Shown in pieces: positions 44,643 through 57,699 of a stretch of DNA of 64,000 nt. Each line of letters opens with the position of its first letter. Position 1 is the stretch's first letter. The translations under genes were made by a program, and so were the position numbers. The stretch is taken from contig OZ024745.1 in the NCBI GenBank assembly GCA_964016885.1, positions 80,352,001-80,416,000 on the forward strand, read 5' to 3'. Below the pieces are notes generated by a model that saw only the letters and a list, made by a program, of their open reading frames with translations, ran no database searches and had not been told where the DNA came from. The DNA comes from Eledone cirrhosa. Lineage: Eukaryota.

Positions 44643-47600
44643 CTGCAATGTAAAGCATTTATTGATGAATATGTTTCAGTATAGTTGTCACATGGACTCT
44701 TATTACGTATCTCTAATTATTATTATAGGCATGGATGTACTGTCAGTTGAGCCTGTCAGAGATGTTGCAGAGTGATGAAGCCGTCCTGCATGCACCTGTG
44801 TAGTGCCCAAGCATTACTGATTTGTGGAGCTATGTTGAACAGCTGTTATCGTGTGTAGGGCCGGAGCTGGCTATCGACTGAGTCCATCGTGAAGATAGCT
44901 CTACTATCTTCCTTTAATTGGGAAGGAGAGGTAGTTTTTATCTGCCTAGTGGCCATGGTGAAAGAGGTTGTGATGTGGACACACTCGAAATAGTTGAGGA
45001 CAGGCACTTTGCTTTCCGGCAAAACCCTGATTAACTTTTTCAAGTTTCACTGTGAAGGTGAAGACAGAAGTGCTGCCTCCCAGACAGTTTTTTGAAAGGT
45101 GGATAAGAGCAGCGCGTTTGGTCTGAGTGAATGGGCCTGCTCTGAGTATACACCTGTAGATCAGAGGATAACATGGAGGAGGCACTTAAAGTAGGACAGT
45201 ACAGGGGTCAATTTTTCCTTTATATCTTTCTGTTCCTCTTTCTCTCTCTGATGGACTCCACCAGGTTTAAACTACCTGAGAAACACTGTATGTCGTAATG
45301 GCAATCCTACGACTTCATAGGGTGTGACGGGTCCATACATTTATTTCATTACTAAGATAGTATTTGTAACAAATGGTTCTCATATAAAAATTATGTTGGA
45401 AGAGTTTAATTTAAATATAAAATTTTAAAATGGTGGTTTTGTTTCATAAAACCAGAGGCGGTGTAGGGTAGGTTGGTATGAAAAAGGTTAAACACATATT
45501 ACAGAGAACAAAAATTGTTTTAATAACCTGTTTTGGGAATCAGAAGAACCTTTGTTACAGGTTCTCCATCATAACTTCCATGTTGTAAGCAGATAATATG
45601 TGTCACACATGACCGAGCATTTAAGCATCCTCGAGAACCAGAAGTACACATTTTATGAAAATCTGTAACAAAACTGTTTTTGCCAATGCTGATATCAATA
45701 CATCGTTCTTTGAAATTTATATGTCCTCGAACCTGAAAAAAAAGGGAAGAAATAACACAAACGTAACATAATATTCAAATATTTGCAGATTTATCAAACC
45801 CTTGCTAGTATGTTGAAAAAGTTTGATGAGAGAATTTTTTCTTTCTTTTTTTCGGAGTGAGGGTGGGTGTTTCTAATTATGATATAATATACTTCTATTG
45901 AGGTAGCGAATTGGTAGAGTTGTTAGAACATCAGATAGAATACTTTGCAGTATTCTTTCCAGCTCCCTGTACTCTGAGATCAAATCCCACTGAGGTCAAC
46001 TTTGCCTTCCACTCTTTCGAGGTTGATAAAAAAAGTACCAGTTCAGTACTGGGGTTGTTTCTTCTTCTGTATTACATTTGCTTTCTCTGGAAGAAATCAG
46101 CTGTGTTCAGACCTGGCAAGGGGATGAGCTTCACCAGGTTTTAAATGCTCAAGAAACGTTATATGCCATTACGGTGCCCCTACGACTCCACCAGGAGCTA
46201 TGTGTCCATACATACATATTTCTATTACTAATCACACAGAATAATATAATTCATTGCTATAAGCAGTGGTAACAACTGTAAAATTTGATGAGTACTTTGT
46301 TGGCTTTTAGTGCTGAGTTCAATTCCACTAAGAGGAGAAGTTAGTAGAAGCAGATTGGTAATGTAGCCACAGAGCTATGTTTTTGTTATCTGCTCATTCT
46401 TGCAATCTTATTATTGTTTCCCTTCAGAGATTGCCACAATCCACTGCCTACTGTGGAAAGGAGCAGACAACAAAAACATTGCTCCTTGCAAGGCAGGACT
46501 TTCAGCTGCTGAGGGCCCCCTAAGCTATATGAAATTTGAAGCCCTTCTCAAAAAAACATCAGGTAAAAATATTTAAAATAATTATACATGATTATAATTT
46601 ATATATATCCTTATAAAAAGGAAGCATATTTGTACACTGACCACTAATAACACTAAATAAAATTGATAATAATTAAGATTTTTCGTGTGTTAACTAATCT
46701 GACCACCATCAAGCTAATTGCCGACTTATTTTCTGAAAATGGAATGGGAAGGGCGGGGGGAGAGTTTGAGGAGAATTTACTGCTATTTCTAGCACACATA
46801 CTGTCCCTTCGTCTGTTATGCTATTAATATAGAGAGAATGGTACACGAAGGCCAAGCCACAGGAGAAAAATAGTAAAACAGAAGTATATATATATATATC
46901 CATCACCATTTAATGTCTATGTTTCCATGCTTACTTGGGTTAGATGGGTCACCCACATCATGGGACAAGTCTGTCTGTGCCATAAATTGCTGAGACAGAA
47001 CTGTATTTTGGTTGGGATTTTTACAGCTGGATGCCCTTCCTAACACCAAGCATGTTTACAATGTGGAACTGATGTAGCCAGTTGGCCGTGCCATGCCTTG
47101 TGTGTACAGGCCACATTTATTATGCATATATATATATATATGGTAACAGAAAAAATTAGGAAAAACTTGGCAGAAAGAGATGGACAGAAGAAGAATTTAT
47201 TGTGTAATATATCTTTAACATATGTTTCTGCACAATTTCATAACAGCCTACATTGTATAATGTTCATTCATATGCATTTGGTGTCTGGAATTGCACTTCA
47301 TGAGAAACAAAATTATATTCATCTTCTCGTATGTATATATATATATATAATAATCATCACCGTTTTACATCCGTTCTTCCACGCTAGCATTGGTTAGACG
47401 GGTTGTCCTGTTGTGGGCAGTGTCCGGTCGGCTGACCTTGTCTTGCTCATACAGGAACTGATTCTGGTTTGATTTCTACAGCTGGATACCCTTCCTAACA
47501 CCAACCTCATTTACAGTGTGGGCTGGGTGCTTTTTTGCCATGGCACCTCCACGACCACTTTGCAGTGGAATGATAGGGACCCCAGTCCTATCATCTCATT

Positions 47601-50600
47601 TCTACAGCTGAGTAAACTGGAGCAATGTGAAATAAAGTGTCTTATATATATATATACAATTTTTGATGATTTAGTGTTAAAGAATAAAAATACTTTTTTA
47701 AAATGAGACTCCCGAGGGCATGTGGCCCTAAGCTATAGCTTATAGGTAAGTTCAGCACTGGCTCCTTGGCAACAATATTAATCTATTTCATGAAACTCGT
47801 CTTCTGGCTCAAGGTTATAAGGCCATACTTTTTTTACACTATTTGTGGCCTTAGTAAAGAAATTTAACTTTCAATATAGCTGTAAATAGGTATTGCGATG
47901 AAGTACCACTTAACACTGTAGATATTAATACACATTTTTGTTAACTTGTACTGCCAAGTTGATATAGCTGTAAATATACATCATAAGACAGTACCATTAA
48001 ATACTGTAAGCAATAGAAGTACTATTACAGCATATACTGGGAGCTTTTCTTGTGGAACCACCACAACCACTTTATATGGTGGACTGGGTGCTTTTTTTGT
48101 TGTGGCACCAGTATAACCACCTTACAAGGACTGGGTGCTTTTTTGTTGCGGTACCAGCCTGACCACCTTAGAGGGTAGACTGGGTGCTTTTTGTGGTGGC
48201 ACCAGTACAATCACCTTTTTTTTATAGCTGTAAACATACATCATAAGATGATACCATTTAACACTGTAGGCAATACATGTACTATGTAACCAACACATTT
48301 TTGTTAGCTCTAAGTCAATAACCCTACCGTGATTCAACACATCTTATTAGATTTTATTCACATGAGATGTATTAATAATTTTAATAATAAATCTCCTGAA
48401 ACTGGACTGGATATGATAAAAAACTGCTCACTGTAAAATGTTTATCCTTGTATTAATACCTTAAGTAATGCTCTAAATTTCAGCTTACAAATGAAAAACT
48501 TAGTTATTTTATTAAATTCTTCCAAATTATTGTTTAATTTGAAAACCAATTGAACCGCATAGGCTGTTGTGGTGGTGGTAGGAGAAGAGGTGATGGTGCT
48601 GGTTATGATGATGGTGGCTGTGGAGATGGTAATGGTTATGATGTTGATAATGATGATGATACTCAAATGGATTAAACATGGAGTATATTTACCAGAGCTA
48701 GGTAATGTTTGATAACTTCATGTCGAAGAAATGCCATTTGCATTTTCTTAGCTGCTTTTTTGTTGAGAGCCAAACACAAGGCACCACTTGTTGCATAATC
48801 CAAACGATGTGTGAACCTTTAAAAAAGAACATACAAAAAAAAAAAAAATTATATGTGTGTGTTTATGCCATCATTAACATCATTTTATGTCTGCTATTCC
48901 ATGTTAGCATAGCTTGGATACTTCATTAAAAACCAAATCAGGACTTAATCAGATCTGTCCTCCTTGAAGGGTCAGGGGACCACATCTTCCTTACATATGT
49001 TCCAGTTTTTGGCATGGTTTCTGTAGTTAGATCCTTGGCATGCCATCTTCAAAATGCATCACATGTCTATACCAGCAGTCTTCTTTCTTGCATACTAAAT
49101 CTGTTCCTCTTATACTTAGTTTTTCTTTTAATTCATTACACATCCACAGAGCATATTTGCTTCATTTCATTCTAGTTTTTGAAGATCCTCTACAATCAAG
49201 GCTATGTTTCATAGCCATGCAGAATCGCAGTTCTTACTCAACCATCATACAGTCTACCCTTTACTCTGAGAAAGAATCCCTTTGTTACCAGCAGTGATAA
49301 TAGTTCCATAAAGTTCTTCCTACCCATTTTTGCTCTAGCTACAAAGCTTTCAGGACACTCAATTTCACTGTAGATTAGGTCTTCTTTTTCTTCTTAGGTG
49401 ACCTAATCTGTAAAATAGATTAGGTCATCTAGGTAAAAAAGAAACTGTAACAACTTCGAAGAAGCTATGTGAGTAATTGAATCTATTTCACATGTGCTCT
49501 TAATGATTATTATTTCTGTGCATCTGCAGCATAAAAGTTTTACCTCCTCCGTTAACCTGCTAGCAATTACACTACATCTCTTGCATACCCATAGTTTACT
49601 TATGGAGTTTCTGCCTACTACTTTTCTTCATATCAAGCAAAGCCATGTGCGAGTTCTGTCTTCTTTCCTACTTATTAAGAATTTAATATGAGCTAAGTTT
49701 GCTTTCAGGCTTTTCAATTTTAAGTTTTGCTTCCATGTCTGAAATTTTGCTTCTAACTTTTCTAGAGATTCCACTATAAAATATAGAAGAGTTACAAGTG
49801 GAAGGCAGTCTTAAACTCTGCTGTTATGGCTAGGAGGACAATGATAAACAGAAGGGAACTGCCGAGTGAATCCTGGTGGATCCCTACCTGTATGTTAAAT
49901 TTGTAACTGTAATTATTGTCACATATTGTCGTTTGTACCTCTATACATGGCCTGCAAGGCCCTCACAAGCCCTTCATCTACACTAAGCTTCCTTGAATTA
50001 TGGAGCAAGAAATCCTGTCAAAGGCCTTTGTTAGATCAATGAATGCTAGGTACAGCTACTTACTTCACCTGCAGTTGTCTGATGAAGAAGAGGGCATCAG
50101 TAGCCAACCTGCATCTCATCTAGCTTAATTTTGATGGTTAAGCTATAATTCCATAACTTTCATAATTTATCAAGTGGTGGAGAACCTTTTCATGCAGGAA
50201 AGTACCATTTAAATTAGCTGACATCCAATGAGACCACATTTTGAAAAGAATATGTTTAGCTAAACCTTAGTTATTTTAGAAAATATAATTATTTATAAAA
50301 AGTGTAACAAATTTTAAAATTTAGACATTATATAAAAACATGTTAAATAAAATGAATTCAGCAAAAATATACTCCAATGTGAAGGCTTGCCTTTGAACAT
50401 TGCTTCTTTCAGAAGGTTACACATGGCTTTAAGGCAGCAGGTTCCCTACTCCTCACCTAGTCCATCAACTTGATGTCTCTGTAGTTATTTCTCTCTCATA
50501 TGCAGTTGGGAGTTCACTAAGTTTCAGTCCTTGGGCTCCCAACTCTTTATTATACTCCTTCAGGCCATTAACAGGGGAAATCAAGACTGATTGTCTGTGG

Positions 50601-51601
50601 GACCTCCTATATGTTGATAATCTAATACCTCATAGCTGAAGTGGTAGATGGACTAGAGAAGTTCCAGATACTGAAGCAAAATCTGGAATCAAAAAGCCTC
50701 AAAGTAAACCTAGAGAAAATTTGCAGTAAAGACTTTAACTTTTAATGTGATGCAGCTATAATAGTTTTTGTACTTTTTAAATATGTCTTGCTAATACAGT
50801 TTCATGTGGTAGAGGACATTAAATGTTAAATATGCCTTGCTAATGTAGTTTCATGTTGTGAAATGTATGTGTATGGTACTGCAATTACTGATAGAGTTGT
50901 ATGGGAGCCATATTGACATATGGCGTTTCTTGGGCATTTTAAGCCTGGCAGAGACCATCCCTCTCCAGGCCTGAATACAGCAGATTTCTTCCAGAGGAAG
51001 ATAGAAAGTGAGAGAGAGAGGAAATGAGAAAGAGATATAGAGGAAGAATCAACCCTAGTACTAGACTGGTACTTTTTTATCGACCTCAAAAGGATGAAAA
51101 TCAATGTTGGCCTCAGTGGGATTTGAACTCAGACAGCAGAGAGCCAAAACGAACACCATAAAGCATTCTATCTGACGTTCTAATGACTCTGCCAATTTGC
51201 CTCCTATAGTTTCATGTAGTAGAGGATATTAAATATGTCTCACTAATACACTTTCATCTGGTAGAGCATGTTTAGTGACAAATATATCTTACTAATGTAG
51301 TTTTGTGTGGTTAGAGAACATTAAATGTTAAACAGATAAAATATACTAAAACAATAAACAAAAATAACATGAATTACCTGAAGCTATGTGACACCTTTTC
51401 ATCACGTAACTCTGGGAAATCTCGGCAAAGTAGAGTCTCAACAGTAATTCCATCATCAGGTTTATTTGTGTTTATTTTCATGTCAAAATGTTTGTCCACA
51501 ACAATGTAGTTATCACTCTTGTACAAAATCTTACATGGTATCTGCAGCTTGGTAAGGTCATCATTGTTATGGCTCTGTTCGTCTTTTGTAGTGTCTCCCA
51601 T
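44326..51601 (-). CDS. RPUSD1: RNA pseudouridylate synthase domain-containing protein 1 (RluA family), spliced; complement(join(44326..44642,45528..45732,48693..48816,51378..51601)), 289 aa
   Basis: Four exons join in frame (870 nt): motif I YKSDNYIVVDK, catalytic FTHRLDYATSG, HYLALVRG, TGRTHQLRVHCAHIGHCIVGDHTY, RMMLHA; colinear with RPUSD1 as recalled. Confidence 0.93.
44728..45195 (+). mobile_element. L1/Tx1-clade LINE 3' fragment (CCHC zinc-binding domain) in an RPUSD1 intron
   Basis: C.RC..SDEAVLHA.V.CPSITDLWSYVEQLL, a zf-RVT-like motif, with frameshifts. Confidence 0.65.
45528..45732 (-). CDS. RPUSD1: RPUSD1 third coding exon
   Basis: ttttcag|VRGHINFKERCIDISIGKN...HGSYDGEPVTKVLLIPKT(G)|GTTATT. 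Confidence 0.9.
45900..46220 (+). mobile_element. Composite SINE: Nin/Deu-like head plus extended 3' tail
   Basis: Head as in the other SINEs, then ctctggaagaaatcagctgtgttcagacctgg; inverted copy at 50860-51200. Confidence 0.7.
46489..47760. mobile_element. hAT non-autonomous element with nested insertions
   Basis: Perfect 8-bp TSD GCTCCTTG (46481-46488, 47761-47768); imperfect TIR CAAGGCAGGACTT / AAGTTCAGCACTG; subterminal ccctaagctata at both ends. Confidence 0.75.
48693..48816 (-). CDS. RPUSD1: RPUSD1 catalytic exon (HRLD)
   Basis: ttttttaaag|(R)FTHRLDYATSGALCLALNKKAAKKMQMAFLRHEVIKHYLAL|GTAAAT. Confidence 0.93.
49030..50170 (-). mobile_element. Degenerate RTE LINE (PHD-finger family)
   Basis: Minus-strand remnants of GIHQDS, PC.IC.K.VGRNSI and MLRWM-like segments. 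Confidence 0.65.
50860..51200 (-). mobile_element. Composite SINE, inverted relative to 45900-46220, inserted in a ~48-bp tandem array
   Basis: Reverse-complement similarity; flanked by repeats of aaatatgtcttgctaatacagtttcatgtggtagaggacatt. Confidence 0.7.
51378..51601 (-). CDS. RPUSD1: RPUSD1 first coding exon
   Basis: MGDTTK...ILYKSDNYIVVDKHFDMKIN...FPELRDEKVSHSF(R); AG|GTAATT donor; pyrimidine tract plus aag|G just before the ATG implies an upstream exon. Confidence 0.9.
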
Positions 51602-51784
51602 CCTTTTAAAGGAAAATAGAAAAAATCATCATCACCATTTTATGTGTTTTTACTATGCTTGGTATGTGGCCTAGCGTTTAAGATGTTGAACTCATGATCA
51701 TAAGGTTGTGCATTTGATTTCTGGACTTAGTGACATGTTCTTGAGCAAAATATTTCATTTCATGTAATTCCTTCTGCCAGGAAT

Positions 51785-51955
51785 TGTGATCTGAAGATAG
51801 CATCAGCAATGGAACGACTAATGGAAACATTATTTCCTTGGTCCAATGTGATTAAAGTATCAGCAATAGAACAACCAATGGAAACATTATTTCCTTGGAT
51901 AATGTGATTATCTGAAGATAGTATCAGCAATGGAAAGAGAAATGAAAACATTGTC
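51785..51955. repeat. Minisatellite, ~3 imperfect copies of a ~55-60-bp unit
   Basis: Repeated atcagcaat.gaa...aatggaaacattatttccttgg...aatgtgatta. Confidence 0.75.
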
Positions 51956-52164
51956 TGATCTGACAATCGGCACTTTTCCTTTCCCTTTTTTTTGCATGGA
52001 TTTGACGAAATGGTTTGAGGTATATTTTACAGTTGGTAGAGGTTCTTGACTACAAACCTTACTTGTTTTAAGTAAGCTGCTTATGTGGTCTTCATGCATT
52101 AATCTGTTGTGTTAAGGGAGAAACAAATGTCATCAGCCCCCCCCCCCCCCCCCCCACACACACA

Positions 52165-52231
<67 letters not shown>

Positions 52232-52236
<5 letters not shown>

Positions 52237-53258
52237 TAGCAGCAAGTGCCCACAGAATATAGCTCATTCCATTGCACAGATGGTTCTATAGAAATAGTGG
52301 ACACCTTCCGTTACCTGGGTGACAAAATCAGCAGTGGTGGAGGGTGCTCTGAAAGTACAGTAGCTAGAGTCAGAACGGGATGGAAAAAGTTCAGAGAGCT
52401 TATACCATGATTGGCCGTTAAAGGTTTCTCTCTAAAAATGAAAAGCAGGCTCTATGATGCCTGCATACGAACAACAATGTTACATGGCAGTGCGACTTGG
52501 GCATTGTGTGCAGAGGATATACGCAGACTGGAGAGGAACGAAGCTTGCATGCTCCGTTGGATGTGTAATAGTAATATACGTGAACGGCAAAGCATAAATG
52601 AACTAAGGGAGAAATTAAGAATAAGAGGGATCAGATGTTGTTTACTCGAGAGAAGACTATGTTGGTATAGTCACGTGATGTGCATAAAAGACGACAGCTG
52701 TATAAAAAAAGTGCAGGGCGATAAAAATAGACGGTAGCCACGAAGTAGGCAGACCCAGAAAAACCTGGGACTTGATAAATTCCGACCTCACACACTTACA
52801 CCTCTCCAAGACAATGTCACTGGACCGAGATCTTTGGCGCTACACAGTAATACAGAAGACCCGCCTTGCCTAAGTACAAAGCGAAACCAACAGTCAGTAG
52901 GCACCTCTAACAAAAATACACCCCCGTCCCACTACCCCCACCCCATCCACACCACCTCTTTCGATGTAAAGTTATGTTGGTACCACAACATCCAGTCCTA
53001 AATAAATGTGGTCGTGTAGGTGTCACGACAAAAAAACACACAGTCTACGCTGTAATGTGGCCATGTAGGTAACACAGTAAAAACCTCCCAGTCCACACTG
53101 TAAACATGGTTGGTGTTAGGAAGGGCATCCAGCCGTAGAAAACCCGCCAGACAGTCCTATACGAGCAAGACAACCAATCTTGCCTCAAGTGGGAAAATTC
53201 CCGTCCAAACCCATGCAAGCGTGGAAGATGGACGTTAAACGATGATGATGATGATGAT
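52232..53258 (+). mobile_element. RTE LINE 3' fragment (PHD-finger family)
   Basis: FRYLGDKI, YDACIRTTMLHGS, MLRWMC; 3'UTR near-identical to 25370-25898. Confidence 0.9.
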
Positions 53259-53282
53259 ATATATATATAAAAATATGTATCT

Positions 53283-55170
53283 GACAAGATTTATGATACT
53301 ATCTGCAGAGGTATAAAAGAGGTATCTGAAAAGATTTTACCAAAGGAAAGCCTTTCCAGCCCACAATGGATGTCACAACAAACAATGAAAGCAACATCCG
53401 AAAAAACATAGAATCAGAAGAGAATGTGGCCACACATCAGCCCAATATAGAATAGCAAAGGCTTGAATCCAAAAACCTTGTTAAATCAGACAAACTTAAG
53501 CAAATGTACGACAACATTGAGGAGCTGAATAACTTACCACCCAACAGGTTATATCATGCTGTTCTGAAGAAACTAAAGACTAAACCAAGAAATCTTAGCT
53601 GGGGCATTAAAGATTCAAACGATACTATCCTTACTTCCAAAGATGATATCCTTGAATGCTGGGCTAAATTCTATGATAAACTGTATTTAAGCAACTCAGA
53701 ACAAACAACCATTCATGATTCAACATCAGAGGCTATTCCATCTATCTTAGCTAGCGAGATATCTCATGCCATCAAAAATTTGAAGCAAGGAAAATGCCCT
53801 GGAATGGACAACATATACTCAGAATTCATCAAAGCACTTCAACATCTCTTTAACTGTATTATTACCACAGGAAAAAGCCCAGACATGTTCAAGAAAGCAT
53901 TGAGAGTTGTACTCTACAAAAACGGTAGCAGACTTGATTGTGGGAATTATCGTCCTATCAGCCTATTGAGTCACATTTACAAGCTTTTCATGAGTATCAT
54001 TGCAGCACGAGTGAAGTCAGACCTTTACGCCTCATTTCCTGAAACACAAGCTGCGTATCAACCTGGAAGAGACACCATTGAGCAGATCCTAGTTATTGAA
54101 CAAATCACTGAGAAATCAATAGAATTCAACAATCTTTTGCACATCACCTTCATTGACTTGACAAAAGCCTTTGGTGTGAAACTACCCAGTTGGTGGCAAC
54201 TCTTAAACATGACCTCAGTTAACAAAAAATACATCAACCTACTGAAAGAAACTTACACCAACTCAACAGCATATATCAAAACAGATTTAGGAACTACACG
54301 CTGTATAGACATCTTGAAGGGAGTTAAGCAGGGGGATGTACTATCAGCACTTCTTTTCTGTATAGTTATAGCTGCACTTATCTACCAAATTGAAGAAGAA
54401 TGCTCTTCTAGCTATCAAATAGGAGGTAAAATCCTATCAAATCTTAGCCATCATGAGTTACTCTGCAAGACTTTCTGAATGTACTGGCCAAACATTCACT
54501 GGAGGCTGGCTTACACATCAACATCTCCAAAACAACTGATAAAAACAATGCCAATCTTCAACCAGCAAATTGCTCAAGTTACGGAGTTTATATATCTCGG
54601 TCACAAACTATCATCAAACAACAATGGAATGGCTGCTGCGCAGTATCGCATCGCTCTAGGTTGGGCAGCTTTCAACAAGAACAAGGAAGTACTAACATCA
54701 AAACAAGTTTCCTATGATTTGAAGACTAAGATCTTTGATACTTACATCCTACCATTTGTGTTATATGGTATTGACTGTGTTAATTGGACGACAAGGTCAC
54801 TTCAGAAGCTCTCTACATTCCAGAACCACAACATGAGACTTATGACAGGCAAGCGGCTCAGCGACCGTATCTGTATCTGTATCAGTGAGCTGCTCAACAT
54901 TACCAAACTTAAACCAATTACATCAATCGTCAAGTCAAGAGTACTCAAACTATACGGTCATATAAAAAGATCAACTCATGGTGTGAGTAGGTTATGCCTG
55001 GAAGGAAGGTTGGCTGGTAAGAGGAAGCAGAGGCCAAAACGATGGCTTGATAATGTCAACTTATGAACTGTACTTGATCTTTGCTCTTGAAACTCTGCTG
55101 CTGGTGATCAAACTTTGTGGAGAAAAATATCTCATGTTGATGCAACTGGCGGAGTTTAACGTCATGAATG
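53283..55170 (+). mobile_element. 5'-truncated RTE-like LINE (RT), AT-rich family
   Basis: ORFs 53504-54478 (NYRPISLL, FIDLTKAF, GVKQGDVLSALLF) and 54479-55066 (FIYLG, LKLYGHIKR); the YADD region is deleted. Confidence 0.88.
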
Positions 55171-55184
55171 AATATATCATATCA

Positions 55185-55508
55185 TCATCACCGTTTTATG
55201 TCCATTCTTCCATGCTAGTATGTGTTAGATGGGTTGTCCTTTTGTGGGCAATGCCAGGTCAGGTGACCATGTCTTGCTCATGCGGGACAGATTTTGGCTT
55301 GATTTCTACAGCTGGATGCCCTTCCTAAACCAACCTCATTTACAGTGAGTACTGGGTGCTTTTTTTACTGTGGCGCCTACACAACCACTTTACAGTGTGG
55401 ACTAGATGATTTTTGTCCTGACACCTATACGACCACAGTGGGAGGGAGGGTTGGAGGCATACTGTTTATATGATTCAGCTTCGGCTTGTACCAGTGGGAA
55501 GTCGGGAG
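55185..55508 (-). mobile_element. RTE 3'UTR copy, inverted
   Basis: Reverse complement of 56610-56890. Confidence 0.85.
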
Positions 55509-55929
55509 GAAAAATGATAAAGATTTGAAAAAAAAAAGCACCTAATGTGTTTCTATTTTATATACATGTTACATGTATAGTACACAATGAAAAAATTGTT
55601 TCACATCAAAAAGAATAGTTTTTTTTACTTTTGTGCTTAATCAGATTAGCTTAAAACAGCTGTACAAAGGTTTTTCATATCTAATTTACTATTTTTCCAT
55701 TCATAATATATATATATATATATATAAAGAATGAATAATAACAGGTAGACGTCATAAAAGGTAATTTATTCTGTGTGCTTACAAATGTTTCCACAGTGGT
55801 TATACAGCCTAGTTATGCTATGTGCAAATTTATAACTATTTGCAAAACTCAATTATCAAATGCTGTGCCCACTGTATCCTGAGAGCAGAATGGTTAAAAT
55901 GTACAATGTAAATACCCTTAAGTGAGGTT

Positions 55930-56898
55930 CAACAGGAAGCTTAATTAAGAATGTAGGCTTCACATGTAGCAGCTGTGCTGGGACAGCAAGCAGCATACAG
56001 CCACAGGAAACAAGTACCACCAATCTCTGGGAGGGCTCTGTAGAAACAGTAGACAGCTGCTGCTACCTAGGCGACCGAATTAGCAGCGGAGGTGGGTGTT
56101 CAGAAAGTACAATAACTAGGGTAAGAACGGGATGGAAAAAGTTCAGGGAATTACTACCACTGCTAGCTGCAAAAGGTTTTTCCCTCAGAATGAAAGGCAG
56201 ACTGTATGATGCGTGTATCTGAACAGCAATGTTACATGGTAGTGAGACCTGGGCGCTGAAGGTGGAAGACTTATGTAGATTAGAAAGAAACGAAGCCTGC
56301 ATGCTCCGATGGATGTGTAATAGTAATATACGTGAACGGCAAAGCATAAATGAATTGAGAGAGAGACTGTGCATAAGAGGAACCAAATGCTGTGTGCAGG
56401 AGAGGCGGTTGCGTTGGTATGGACATGTAATGCGTATGAAGGATGACAGCTGCATAAAAATGTGCAGAGCACTAGAAGTCAATGGAAACTGCGGAGTGGG
56501 GAGACCCAAGAAGTCCTGGGATGAGGTGATAAAAGCCAACCTTACCCAATTACACCTCTCAAAGGCGATGGCACACGACCGTGACCTCTGGCGTCACACA
56601 GTAATACAGAGTTCCGAACTCCCATGGGTACAAGCTGAAGCATATAGACAATATGCCCCCATACCCTCCCACTGCAAAGTGGACGTGTAGGCGCCACGGA
56701 AAAAAGCACCCAGTACTCACTGTAAATGAGGTTGGTGTTAGGAAGGGCATCCAGCTGTAGAAATCAAGCCCAAATCAGTTCCTGTATGAGCAAGGCATGG
56801 TCAGCCGACCAGACACTGCCCACAACAGGACAACCCATCTAACCCATGCTAGCATGGAAGAACGGACGTAAAACGGTGATGATGATGATGATGATGAT
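55930..56898 (+). mobile_element. RTE LINE 3' fragment (PHD-finger family)
   Basis: ORF 56229-56690 MLHGSETW...RLRWYGHV...GRPKKSW; (GAT)n tail. Confidence 0.9.
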
Positions 56899-56904
56899 AT
56901 ATAT

Positions 56905-57681
56905 ATATATATATAAAAAGTTGTAGTTCCTGTCTGTTTGTTTGTTTGTTCACAAACTCCTATGGTTTTGGAGATAGACCCTCACAACCCATATTCTGAA
57001 ACTACATTGCCCAGAGTACTTGGATAAGTATATTTCATTTTAATCAGAGGGTTCTCCGGAGGCACAAACCCCCGCTGAAAATTTTTTCCCTTCGATTTAT
57101 AAGAAATTTAAACCATAGGTTTCAATATTAAGACACCATAATGGGAGTTAAACCCCCAATAGTGAAAATTTTGGAAGCCCATAACTTGAGTATTGGAATC
57201 TCTATTATCATGGTGTTTTCTATTAATTAAATGTAAATCAATAAAAAAAGCACCTCTCTTTTATAGTAAAATTTGGCTAATTTAGACATTTTTTTCAGAC
57301 TTCCCTTATGCTACGGAAAAGAAAATCCAGTTATGCAAATAATCCATATGCAAAAATGATGAGGCTTCGTCGTCAATCTGAAAGCTGTGATGCAAGGGAA
57401 GAACAACTTTCTAGCCAAAAACAGAGGCAAACAGAGTCTCGGCAAAATGAAACCTTTGGTGAGCATCAAGAAAGACAGGAACAAGATAGATTTCGCCATA
57501 TAGTTACAAGAAAAAATGACTCTGAAGAAGAAAGACAACAGCATTTGATTGCTGATAGAAACATTGAGTAATATTGAAATGCAGAGTTTTTCTCTATAAA
57601 TTATATCAGATTTAAAATCAATCATCATTTTCTTACAAAAAAAATGTGTGAAACGCAGCAAGGCGCGGGTAATTCAGCTAG
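56905..57681 (+). mobile_element. Non-autonomous Helitron with a STPR-like repeat remnant
   Basis: 3' end CGCAGCAAGGCGCGGGtaattcagCTAG|T; 5' tatataaaa..ctgtctgtttgtttg; ORF 57308-57571 has ~23-aa E-x-x-E-x-R-x-x-R repeats as in Helitron RepHel N-termini. Confidence 0.7.
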
Positions 57682-57699
57682 TGTATATATATATACATA

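Noticed and set aside
45245-45290. CTGATGG...GAAAC hammerhead candidate
   Set aside because: The core is non-canonical and the segment matches the composite SINE tail at 46120-46210.
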